From a bacterium (GTDB lineage Bacteria > Bacteroidota > Ignavibacteria > UBA10030): DNA of 64,000 bases. Numbering within the stretch: position 1 is the first letter of the stretch; every line of letters begins with the position of its first letter. Position numbers and translations under genes: made by a program. The stretch lies in NCBI GenBank assembly GCA_043803945.1, contig JAZDJN010000034.1, positions 3,190 to 67,189 on the forward strand, in the 5' to 3' direction. Shown piece after piece: positions 41,188-49,685 of the stretch. The notes below the pieces were generated by a model that saw only the letters and a list, made by a program, of their open reading frames with translations, ran no database searches and was not told where the DNA came from.

Positions 41188-42333
41188 TTAGGTTTTGTCT
41201 CTTGTCTCGCGCGATGCAAGAAGCCTTCCATGAAACGTTTTCGTGTTAAGAAAATGATGTACAATAAGATTATCAAAAGCGTCGCGCCAGCGACTAATAT
41301 GTTCAGAATCAGAAACCAATTCGTGCTCATAAAACTCGCCTTTGATACTTGTAATAAATCGGAGTCTTAAAATGAAGAACAGCAGTAATCCCAGGACATT
41401 GAGGAGAGTCAGTACCAGACCGATCCTGAAAATGTCAAGATACGTTGCGTACTCAACCGATTTAATGTATGCGTAATAATGAAGAATTTCAAGGGAGCAA
41501 TACGGAACAAAGAGAAGGAGAATTTTTTCGATATACGCGCCCTGCGGTGGATCTTTTTTGTACTGATAACCAAAAAAGAGGGAGATGAATACCAGACAGA
41601 GCACATTTATATAGATACCTGTTCTATGCAATGGCGCACACAGCAAAACCAGGGAATTGCTCCCTTCAAGGTAAGGAATAAATTCAAGGACCCGTTTCAC
41701 TTTCTCGTCATCAAATAATTCCCCCACCTCTTTTCCGTTTTTCCATGCATGCAGGTTCGTCTGTTCAGCTATCAACACTGCATCGTTGGCAGTAGGAGTT
41801 TTGAGCTGCAGTTGTTCTACTGCTCCCCGTACCTTTCTGAAATCAATTATCTCTTCAGACCGATAGGCAGCGAGAGGATCAACTAAAAACGGATGGAAAT
41901 AATAGACGAAGACTCCGCCGGCAATGAGGAATGTGAAAAAATATTTAGCAGGCGTTCTCCAGTCGTAAAAGAGCGAATCGATAACAAGGTAGACAATTGC
42001 TATAGAAAGGGAGAGACAGAAAAACCCGATGGTGAAATATTGATAGCTGTAGAAACTGGCAAAATGGTTGGTTTGAAATATCGCTTTGCCAATGAGTGAA
42101 GAAAACGGACTGAGAGAACTAACGCCGAACATGATCGCAAAATTAATGAAAATTGGTTTATTGCGTTCGTTCGGTTCTTTAATGCCGATGACAACAGATA
42201 TGATTGCTAGTAATCCAATTCCCATTGCTAAGATCATCTGCCAGGTGTCAATATCCTGGTGCGGAAAAATCACTAACGAACCACTTGTTGCACCGATCAA
42301 TAACAACCATGAAAAGAGAATTTTTTTCGTCAT
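41188..42333 (-). CDS. Hypothetical polytopic membrane protein (about 9 TM)
   Basis: Hydrophobic-helix pattern only; directly upstream of the AAA+ regulator on the same strand. Confidence 0.4.
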   Translation of the reverse strand: MTKKILFSWLLLIGATSGSLVIFPHQDIDTWQMILAMGIGLLAIISVVIGIKEPNERNKPIFINFAIMFGVSSLSPFSSLIGKAIFQTNHFASFYSYQYFTIGFFCLSLSIAIVYLVIDSLFYDWRTPAKYFFTFLIAGGVFVYYFHPFLVDPLAAYRSEEIIDFRKVRGAVEQLQLKTPTANDAVLIAEQTNLHAWKNGKEVGELFDDEKVKRVLEFIPYLEGSNSLVLLCAPLHRTGIYINVLCLVFISLFFGYQYKKDPPQGAYIEKILLLFVPYCSLEILHYYAYIKSVEYATYLDIFRIGLVLTLLNVLGLLLFFILRLRFITSIKGEFYEHELVSDSEHISRWRDAFDNLIVHHFLNTKTFHGRLLASRETRDKT

Positions 42334-42707
42334 CGTTTTTCTCTCACTCGTTATCTGCGACGAATATATAATGATTTAAGATTCAGGTCAAGAATAAAAT
42401 CGAATATCTATAACAATTGCGTAATACCCCTAGCCTTCTACCACAAATGCTTCAAAACAATGAAAAAAAGGCGATAAACCAGAACATTCTATGTACGATA
42501 TTTATTAGCCTATAGCAGGATGTGACGGCCAACACATAGAAATTCGGAGAGGTCGGGCAGTCTGTTTGTTTCTTTGCCTGTCGTGTTGGTGCAATCAGGA
42601 GACTATGCCAGCCAACACATCAGTTCATTTCCTGCATCCTGTTTAGTACAATAAGTCGATCGCATTAATACTATTCGCAATTCTCTTGAAAATATTCGCC
42701 AGAATTC

Positions 42708-42735
42708 TTGACAATAGGATAGAATTTGCTAAATT
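42708..42735 (+). promoter_or_regulatory. Sigma70-like promoter candidate TTGACA-N16-TAAATT upstream of the repeat-protein gene
   Basis: Exact TTGACA hexamer and an A/T-rich -10 read directly, about 75 nt before the ATG at 42809 (which has an AAAGGAG RBS). Confidence 0.3.
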
Positions 42736-42808
42736 ACGCCCAGCGGCCTTAAAAAGAAAACTAATTCATTCTTCCTATTTACTTAACAACCTCTCAAAGG
42801 AGATTTCT

Positions 42809-43105
42809 ATGCGTACATCAGCATCAGTAAAACGGATCGTGTCAATTTTTATTGCAGTAGGATTGACGCTCATCATAAATTCGGCTATAACCATTGCCGC
42901 AAAAGTTGGCAGTGAACACAGTCCATATCAAACTCAGGCAGGCGTTACCACGGGACCGGGAACAACAATTCCAACAGATATTCCAAAACCGTACGGCGTC
43001 ACAACAGGACCTGGCACTCCTATCCCAACAGATATCCCGAAACCTTCAAGCGTTATCACAGGACCTGGTACACCTATTCCGACAGATATTCCAAAACCTC
43101 TCTAA
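42809..43105 (+). CDS. Small secreted protein (98 aa) with three tandem 18-aa repeats GVTTGPGT(T/P)IPTDIPKP(Y/S/L)
   Basis: RBS AAAGGAG 7 nt before the ATG; N-terminal signal-like helix (IVSIFIAVGLTLIINSAITIAA); Pro/Thr-rich repeats. Confidence 0.55.
   Translation: MRTSASVKRIVSIFIAVGLTLIINSAITIAAKVGSEHSPYQTQAGVTTGPGTTIPTDIPKPYGVTTGPGTPIPTDIPKPSSVITGPGTPIPTDIPKPL
42941..43102 (+). repeat. 3 x 54-nt coding tandem repeat with many synonymous differences between copies
   Basis: Copies ggcgttaccacgggaccgggaacaacaattccaacagatattccaaaaccgtac / ggcgtcacaacaggacctggcactcctatcccaacagatatcccgaaaccttca / agcgttatcacaggacctggtacacctattccgacagatattccaaaacctctc. Confidence 0.75.
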
Positions 43106-43118
43106 CAAGCAGTGTCAC

Positions 43119-43180
43119 TACTCCAACGGACAATGTGTTATGCCCGTTGGAGTACCTCTTTGTTTCGCTTCTCTCTTTTT
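43119..43180 (+). terminator. Rho-independent terminator (stem actccaacgg ... ccgttggagt, then a T-rich tail)
   Basis: 10-bp perfect stem, 15-nt loop, followed by acctctttgtttcgcttctctctttttcc. Confidence 0.55.
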
Positions 43181-43257
43181 CCTATCTTGAGTAAAGTATC
43201 CATGGATCGTAGAAACGTCAGATAACCCCTGATTCATCGTCTCAAACTGGCCAAGCA

Positions 43258-44268
43258 ATGAATTTTAAACCCAGGATTGATTATCGCAGCCTCATTAATC
43301 TACTTCTTCTGCTTCTTACATTTTTTACAACGGCTGTAGCAGGTGTCCAATGGCTGAATAAAAATCCATACGAACTTTCAAATCTTGCATCTGGACTCCC
43401 TTACGCATTTTCCATTTTATTTGTGCTAGGAGCCCATGAATTCGGTCACTACTTTGCCGCACGACATCATAACGTAAACACTACGCTTCCATTTTTTATC
43501 CCTTTTCCGCCACTGCCCTTTCTTCTGAATTTTGGGACATTTGGCGCAGTCATTCGCACACGCTCCGAAGTACCATCAAGAAAAGCGATGTTTGACATAG
43601 GAGTTGCTGGTCCAATAGCTGGCTTTGTTGCCTGCATCATCCTTCTCATCTATGGATTTCTTAATTTACCGAATCCAGAGTACATTCTCACCATCCATCC
43701 TGATTACGATTTTGTATTGAATGGAATACCCGGATCACAAGGATTGAAATTGGAATTTGGCAGCACGCTTGCTTACTCGTTCATCGAAAGTCTCTTCACA
43801 AAATCCACGGGACAATTTATTCCGCCTATGAGTGAAATTTATCACTATCCCTATCTTTGTGTGGGGTGGTTTGGCCTCTTTGTCACTGCAATGAATCTCA
43901 TCCCGATCGGACAATTCGACGGCGGCCACTTGATCTTTACCATGTTCGGTGATAAACATAAGTTTATTGTGCGTTTTTCATTCGGAGCACTCCTCATTGC
44001 TGGATCTCCAGCATTCGTTGAGTCGCTCATCCAAAGCGTATATAGCATTTTTTCTGACTCTACCCTTTCATTCGGTATTTCACTGACTCAGTACAGCTGG
44101 GCAGGTTGGTTCATTTGGGCTTTGATCTCCTATTATGGAATCAAATTGTATCATCCACCGGTAACCGACGATACGCCGCTCGATCCAACGAGGATGTATA
44201 TTGGATGGTTAACAATCTGCATCTTCATCGTCTCTTTTTCATTGGTTCCATTTACTATACTCTTCTAA
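43258..44268 (+). CDS. Site-2-protease-like (peptidase M50 family) intramembrane metalloprotease
   Basis: HEFGHY within a TM helix and a downstream FDGGH (LDG-like) motif; polytopic. Confidence 0.65.
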   Translation: MNFKPRIDYRSLINLLLLLLTFFTTAVAGVQWLNKNPYELSNLASGLPYAFSILFVLGAHEFGHYFAARHHNVNTTLPFFIPFPPLPFLLNFGTFGAVIRTRSEVPSRKAMFDIGVAGPIAGFVACIILLIYGFLNLPNPEYILTIHPDYDFVLNGIPGSQGLKLEFGSTLAYSFIESLFTKSTGQFIPPMSEIYHYPYLCVGWFGLFVTAMNLIPIGQFDGGHLIFTMFGDKHKFIVRFSFGALLIAGSPAFVESLIQSVYSIFSDSTLSFGISLTQYSWAGWFIWALISYYGIKLYHPPVTDDTPLDPTRMYIGWLTICIFIVSFSLVPFTILF

Positions 44269-44367
44269 TATGGCTTGACTTTCAAGGAGGTGTTACGTAC
44301 TTTTGATTGGAACAAAAAGTATTAATCCAACTACTTGAAAGGCTGATTAGGAGAGATTGCGATTGGT

Positions 44368-45303
44368 TTGTTTTTTCAGGTATTACAAAGGAAGCAATCA
44401 TTGAATCGGCCATTCACCTTCGATAGAATTCTTCAAGCACATTCACATTACGGACAGATCAGTCTCATCATCTATCTCATGCTCATGAGTTCAGGTTGTG
44501 AGAGAAAACATGAGGAGCTCGTAGATAGTACTGTAACTCTGCCTGTACTTCAACAAGCTCAACTCTTTCCCACTGAAATCAACACCGATACCATTGTCAT
44601 TGGATCAGTTCGAAATCCTGATGATATCCTGACCCTTTCACCAATACTTACAGCATTCCTCTCCTCTCCTGTAGATTCAGGAACCGTAGTGCAGTACTCT
44701 ATTAGGAAAACCATTGGCGAGCCACCTTTCTCCACAGGACAGCTCAACGACAATGGTATCAAACCTGATTTGAGGCAAAGAGATGGAATTTTTACTGGCT
44801 TGGCTACTCTCAACATCAAGCGTTCTGACGTTGGGTCCTATCACTTCGAACTTGCGGCATTCACCGCAGAAGGATTGAGAAGCACAACATTCTTTCTGCC
44901 ATTGAAGGTGTACCGATCCAACAAAGCTCCAGTTCTCTCAAACCTAAGCGCACCAGATACTGTTAAACTGGCGAATCAAACACAATTGCTATTGCTTACG
45001 GTCAAGGTGACAGATTCTGATGGATTATCTGACATCCAACGTGTCATTTTCAATTCCTACCGGCCAGATGGATCTTCGTCGAGCGGAAATCCATTCAAAA
45101 TGTATGACGATGGCAGTGAAAGTATTCTCTTCCCTCCTGAAGGAAAAAGTGGCGATCAGGTGAAGAGTGACGGTGTGTTTAGCCTGATGATATCGATGCC
45201 GGCAACAACATCCACTGGCACTTATCGCTTCGAATTTCAGGCTTTCGATCGATCAAATGAACCTAGTAACATTCTCATCCAAAGGATCACAGTTCGCCAA
45301 TGA
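44368..45303 (+). CDS. Hypothetical secreted/lipoprotein with internally repeated beta-rich domains
   Basis: Hydrophobic leader ...LIIYLMLMSSGC; repeated DDG/DG-IFT motifs; stop overlaps the start of the next gene (ATGA). Confidence 0.4.
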   Translation: MFFQVLQRKQSLNRPFTFDRILQAHSHYGQISLIIYLMLMSSGCERKHEELVDSTVTLPVLQQAQLFPTEINTDTIVIGSVRNPDDILTLSPILTAFLSSPVDSGTVVQYSIRKTIGEPPFSTGQLNDNGIKPDLRQRDGIFTGLATLNIKRSDVGSYHFELAAFTAEGLRSTTFFLPLKVYRSNKAPVLSNLSAPDTVKLANQTQLLLLTVKVTDSDGLSDIQRVIFNSYRPDGSSSSGNPFKMYDDGSESILFPPEGKSGDQVKSDGVFSLMISMPATTSTGTYRFEFQAFDRSNEPSNILIQRITVRQ

Positions 45304-46865
45304 AGATTTTTCTTCAATTCGCTCTGTTATTGTGTATCGCTGAAGTTGTTCAGAGCCAGGAGCCACGCCTCTTTAAGCTTACGGACCAATCGCTTTCACC
45401 CAGATTGAGGAGTAATAGTGTTAACGATCTGGTTGCTGTAAACGGTACACTTTGGGTCGCCGGTGGAAAAGGAATTAGCGTGACCACCGATCGAGGGATA
45501 TCATGGAATAATTATGCGAACACCGGTACGTTCGATGAAAAAGGTGTTTCTGCGATTGCACTTCGTGGAAGAGATATCTGGATTGCAACCTCCTATACAA
45601 CAAAGAAAGACGATCAGTCCTTCCCCACAGGCCACGGCTTGCATTACTCAAGCGATGCCGGGGTTACCTGGAAATTTATATCTCAGCCCCTAGACGCCGG
45701 CAAATTTGATACGCTGAGCTATGGAAATAATAAAATTGCCGCACTCGCTGTTACGGTTCCTCAACAAAATCTTGTGTACGATATTGCTTTGACAAGTAAC
45801 ACCGTCTGGATTGCCACATGGGCTGGAATGCTGAGGAAATCTACCGATCACGGAATGACATGGCAGCGTGTCGTTCTTCCACCCGATAACCTGAATGCTA
45901 TTTCTCCCCGCGATACACTGCAGTTCACCATGATCAATGTGGACCGGATCGTGACGAATGACGCAACGGGTAAGAAAGATACGTTAAAAGGAAGCAATAA
46001 CTTTCTTCTCTTCTCCGTTTTGACGACAAACGACTCAACCATTTGGGCTGGAACTGCAAACGGTATTAATAAATCCACAGATGGAGGAATTAGCTGGAGA
46101 AAATTCAACCATCAAAATCAGAAACAGCCAATCTCCGGAAATTTCGTTGTCGCTCTCGCAGAACAGCGCTGGAACAACCAAAGCATCATCTGGGCTGCAA
46201 CAGTGAATGCCGTTGATCAAGAGGAAAAGCGCGGCGTGAGTTTTACAACCGATGGCGGAGAAACCTGGAACACCACGTTACTCGGAGAGTTTGCTCACAA
46301 CTTCGCTTTTCAGGATTCTCTGGTCTACATTGTGACCGACAACGGTCTGTTCCGCTCTTCAAACTTTGGTCTAAGTTGGATCCGAAATGGCACCATTGTT
46401 GATCCTCAGAACAGACAACGCTTTACAGGCAGCGAACTCTATGCTGTGGCAACCAGAGGTAATACGATTTGGACTGGCGGTCCGGAAGGACTGGCTTCGA
46501 CTACAGATTCTCCTCAAGAATCATTTGGAACCCAATGGAGTGTATTCCGTACTTACCTTGAAGTAGGAAGCAACGCTGCGACATATTCTTATCCGCTTCC
46601 ATTCTCGCCGGACGATGAAGCGGTCCGATTGCATTATAGTACGAACAATAAGACCGCTGCTGTGACAATTCGAATATTCAACTTTGCAATGCAGCCCGTT
46701 CGAACATTGATCAGGAATGCGATTCGCTCAGGTTTAATAGAGCATGATGAGATTTGGGACGGAAAAGATGATTCGAATCGCAGTGTTGCGAATGGGGCCT
46801 ATTTCTATCGAATTGAGATAGAGGGAGGCAACACTCTCTGGGGAAAAATTCTGGTGATTCAATGA
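45300..46865 (+). CDS. BNR/Asp-box repeat protein (Ycf48/sialidase-like beta-propeller) with a type-A T9SS C-terminal sorting domain
   Basis: Six S-x-D-x-G-x-T/S-W boxes (TDRGISW, SDAGVTW, TDHGMTW, TDGGISW, TDGGETW, SNFGLSW); C-terminal YSYPLPFSP...VTIRIFNF...IWDGKDDSNRSVANGAYFYRIEI...GKILVIQ matches the Por_Secre_tail pattern. Confidence 0.7.
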   Translation: MKIFLQFALLLCIAEVVQSQEPRLFKLTDQSLSPRLRSNSVNDLVAVNGTLWVAGGKGISVTTDRGISWNNYANTGTFDEKGVSAIALRGRDIWIATSYTTKKDDQSFPTGHGLHYSSDAGVTWKFISQPLDAGKFDTLSYGNNKIAALAVTVPQQNLVYDIALTSNTVWIATWAGMLRKSTDHGMTWQRVVLPPDNLNAISPRDTLQFTMINVDRIVTNDATGKKDTLKGSNNFLLFSVLTTNDSTIWAGTANGINKSTDGGISWRKFNHQNQKQPISGNFVVALAEQRWNNQSIIWAATVNAVDQEEKRGVSFTTDGGETWNTTLLGEFAHNFAFQDSLVYIVTDNGLFRSSNFGLSWIRNGTIVDPQNRQRFTGSELYAVATRGNTIWTGGPEGLASTTDSPQESFGTQWSVFRTYLEVGSNAATYSYPLPFSPDDEAVRLHYSTNNKTAAVTIRIFNFAMQPVRTLIRNAIRSGLIEHDEIWDGKDDSNRSVANGAYFYRIEIEGGNTLWGKILVIQ

Positions 46866-47821
46866 GATCATACAGTTTCACATTCCTGGTTTTGTCATTG
46901 TGCTGTGCGATTCATCTCGGCGCACAGACTGAGTATGACCTTGGACGCCTTCCTGGGTCGCCGCTGCGCATGGGCTTTGGCGCTCGCGGCATTGGCATGG
47001 GGAATGCTCTCTCCTCCATTCGAACCGATGAAAGTGTCAGTTACTACAATCCAGCTCTCGTCGCCTTCCAGATGAAGCGCAAGTTATCGATCGGTTCTGG
47101 TCTTCTTTCGCTTGATAGGAAGCTCAACACACTATCGTATTCACAGGGGATTGGAAAATCTGCGGGAATCGCACTGGGAATAGTCAACACTGGTGTCACG
47201 AACCTTGAAGGAAGAAACCGCGATGGCCTTCTTACCGAATCATACTCAACCTCGGAGAACTCCTTTTTCTTCAGCTTCGGAACACAGCTCAGTAAAAGTG
47301 CGTCACTCGGCTTGACAACGAAAATATTGTACTATTCGCTCTTTGAAAAAGTGGCAAGCACCACTGTAGGATTCGATATCGGATTACAGTATGCTCTCAA
47401 CAACGAGGTCACAGCTGCATTTGTCCTTCAAGATCTCAACTCAAAATATAAGTGGGATACGACACCCATCTATGGCCGGGATGGAAATACGACGATTGAG
47501 CGTTTTCCTCTCAGACGGAAAATGGGCATCAGCTATTCCCCACACTTTGCCAATGCCGTCGGTTCAGCAGAAGTGGAATGGATCGGAACGAACAGCCTCG
47601 TGCGAATCGGCTTCGAAGCTTCGCTGCACGAGACCTTTTCACTTTATTGTGGAATCGATCAGATATCGTTTGCCCGCAGCCTTGATGCAAAGCCTGCTGC
47701 GGGATTTTCATTCCTCCTTCCTGTTGAGTTTTGGAAACCAAAGCTTCACTATGCTTATGTTATCGAACCCTATGCACAGTCCGGAATCCATCTGCTTTCT
47801 CTATCCTTGACTATTGAATGA
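46862..47821 (+). CDS. Outer-membrane beta-barrel, FadL / PorQ / PorV-like (T9SS-associated candidate), paralog 1
   Basis: Signal peptide ...AIHLGAQ, GFGARGIGMGNA...YNPAL N-terminal motif, alternating amphipathic strands; ATGA-coupled to the T9SS cargo gene. Confidence 0.4.
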   Translation: MRSYSFTFLVLSLCCAIHLGAQTEYDLGRLPGSPLRMGFGARGIGMGNALSSIRTDESVSYYNPALVAFQMKRKLSIGSGLLSLDRKLNTLSYSQGIGKSAGIALGIVNTGVTNLEGRNRDGLLTESYSTSENSFFFSFGTQLSKSASLGLTTKILYYSLFEKVASTTVGFDIGLQYALNNEVTAAFVLQDLNSKYKWDTTPIYGRDGNTTIERFPLRRKMGISYSPHFANAVGSAEVEWIGTNSLVRIGFEASLHETFSLYCGIDQISFARSLDAKPAAGFSFLLPVEFWKPKLHYAYVIEPYAQSGIHLLSLSLTIE

Positions 47822-48714
47822 AATTCCACCACATCTTCATACCGCTCTTCTTGTTTTTATCTCCCCTACTCTTTGGACAGGGAAGTTCAACAGGATCTTC
47901 ACACTTGAAGCTCCCAACAAATGCCCAAGATGCTTCACTCGGACAATCGAGAGTTGCGTCAACCGGTTCTCTGCATTCAGCCTCATTAAATCCTGCCACA
48001 ATTTATACGACACACGCCCCACAAGTATTGATCTCGCATACGTCATGGATACAGGATCTTCAGCGTCAATTAATTCAGGCACGATTCCCGCTCCTCAATG
48101 GAACGACAGCGCTTGCCGTCTCATCATTTTCCCTGAACGGAATTGAACTGCGCGAACAACCCGGTGCCGCATCAGGAACCTTTAATGCAACCTCAGCGGT
48201 TTTTGAAGCGGCCTATTCAACACCGCTCGACGAATCCTTGACCATCGGTATCGCAACACGATATCTCTACGAAAAAATATTTATCGACGAAGCAACCGGC
48301 TATGGCATTGATATTGGGGCATTGTATCAGGTCTCACTAGAGAATCTCTCCGTAGGTCTTGCTGTAACAAATTTAGGGTCGATGAAGGCTTTTCGATCTG
48401 TCGCTGGAACATTACCTACTACTGTACGGATTGGAGCCCAATATCATTATCCCGTTTCTGATGTTCTTCTCACCCCAACTTTTGCATTCTCCAATGAGAC
48501 TCACACCGGTGTGAATCATGTCCATGCCGGAATGGAAGGATTGTATGACAATCTCCTGGCGGTTCGATTCGGATATGTGACCGGGTATGATTCTCGTGGA
48601 TTCTCAGCAGGAATTGGTATTCACTATACAGGCATTCAACTCGACTATGCCTATCTCCCATTCTCGCTTGGGCTGGGAGATGCTCACATTCTGTCACTTG
48701 CATTTCAATTCTAG
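47818..48714 (+). CDS. Outer-membrane beta-barrel, FadL / PorQ / PorV-like, paralog 2 (C-terminal Phe)
   Basis: Signal peptide ...PLLFGQ, SLG...SLNPATI motif, terminal ...LSLAFQF typical of OMP barrels; ATGA-coupled to paralog 1. Confidence 0.4.
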   Translation: MKFHHIFIPLFLFLSPLLFGQGSSTGSSHLKLPTNAQDASLGQSRVASTGSLHSASLNPATIYTTHAPQVLISHTSWIQDLQRQLIQARFPLLNGTTALAVSSFSLNGIELREQPGAASGTFNATSAVFEAAYSTPLDESLTIGIATRYLYEKIFIDEATGYGIDIGALYQVSLENLSVGLAVTNLGSMKAFRSVAGTLPTTVRIGAQYHYPVSDVLLTPTFAFSNETHTGVNHVHAGMEGLYDNLLAVRFGYVTGYDSRGFSAGIGIHYTGIQLDYAYLPFSLGLGDAHILSLAFQF

Positions 48715-48716
48715 CC

Positions 48717-49682
48717 ATGACTATTACTGTTCTTCCATACACCGAAGCGTGGAGAGATAAATGGGATTCGTTTGTCCTCTCCTCCAATAATGGTACAATG
48801 TTTCACATGCATCAATTCTTCTCCTATCACGAAAAGAATCGATGGAACTGGCATCATCTGCTTTTTCTTGATGGGGATAAAATTGTTGCCGTACTTCCTG
48901 GTGCTAAAATGGGATCGACATTTGAATCGCCCATCGGCGCATCGTACGGTTCAATTGTGACAGGAGATATTAATTTTGCGACTGCGCTCTCCATTGTCGA
49001 TGCCTTTTCAGACCATTGCCGTGAACAACAATTCGAACGGGCACTCCTGACTCCGCCGCCGATCATTTACCAAAAAGTGATGTCGCAAAACATCGATTAC
49101 GCACTCGCCTATCGCGGCTTTACGTATGACAAGCATTATATTTCTCATGCAATTCCGCTGGATCAGGAAGATATTATTTCTACGTTCCAAAGTACCGCCC
49201 GCCGTTATATCCACAAATATCTTCGCGAGCGGAACCTGCGGGTGGAAATATCCAATGACTACGATATCTTCTATCCAATTCTGCTGAACAACAAACAGCG
49301 GCATGGTGTAAAACCCACACACTCGCTCGAAGACCTCTATAAATTGAAAAAACTGATGCCGGATAATCTGGAACTCTTCCTGGTCTACAAAGGAAGCAAG
49401 CCAATTGCCGGTTCATTAATGTTCGTCTGCAACAAACAGGTAGCGCTTTGTTTCTACAATATGTTGTTGTATGATTATGAGCAATATAACCCGATCCATG
49501 TGGTGATGTATGAAGTGATGAAATGGGCTATGGAGAAAGGATTTTTATGGGTGGATATCGGAGTCTCTCAGGATACCAAGGCAGAGAACCAGATGGCTCC
49601 TTCCATGAATTTGATCCGGTTCAAAGAAAAATTCAATTCACGCGGTATTTTACGCAGCACCTTCTATAAACGATTCATTTAG
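48717..49682 (+). CDS. FemAB-like / GNAT-fold (Acetyltransf_6-type) acyl/aminoacyl-transferase
   Basis: About 320 aa with the tandem GNAT-like arrangement of the FemAB family; the call rests on length and layout, no catalytic motif confirmed. Confidence 0.45.
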   Translation: MTITVLPYTEAWRDKWDSFVLSSNNGTMFHMHQFFSYHEKNRWNWHHLLFLDGDKIVAVLPGAKMGSTFESPIGASYGSIVTGDINFATALSIVDAFSDHCREQQFERALLTPPPIIYQKVMSQNIDYALAYRGFTYDKHYISHAIPLDQEDIISTFQSTARRYIHKYLRERNLRVEISNDYDIFYPILLNNKQRHGVKPTHSLEDLYKLKKLMPDNLELFLVYKGSKPIAGSLMFVCNKQVALCFYNMLLYDYEQYNPIHVVMYEVMKWAMEKGFLWVDIGVSQDTKAENQMAPSMNLIRFKEKFNSRGILRSTFYKRFI

Positions 49683-49685
49683 AGT

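Noticed and set aside
42941-43102. Tandem DNA repeats that could be mistaken for a CRISPR-like array or minisatellite
   Set aside because: The three 54-nt units are contiguous (no spacers), in frame, and encode an 18-aa protein repeat with synonymous variation; it is a coding tandem repeat.
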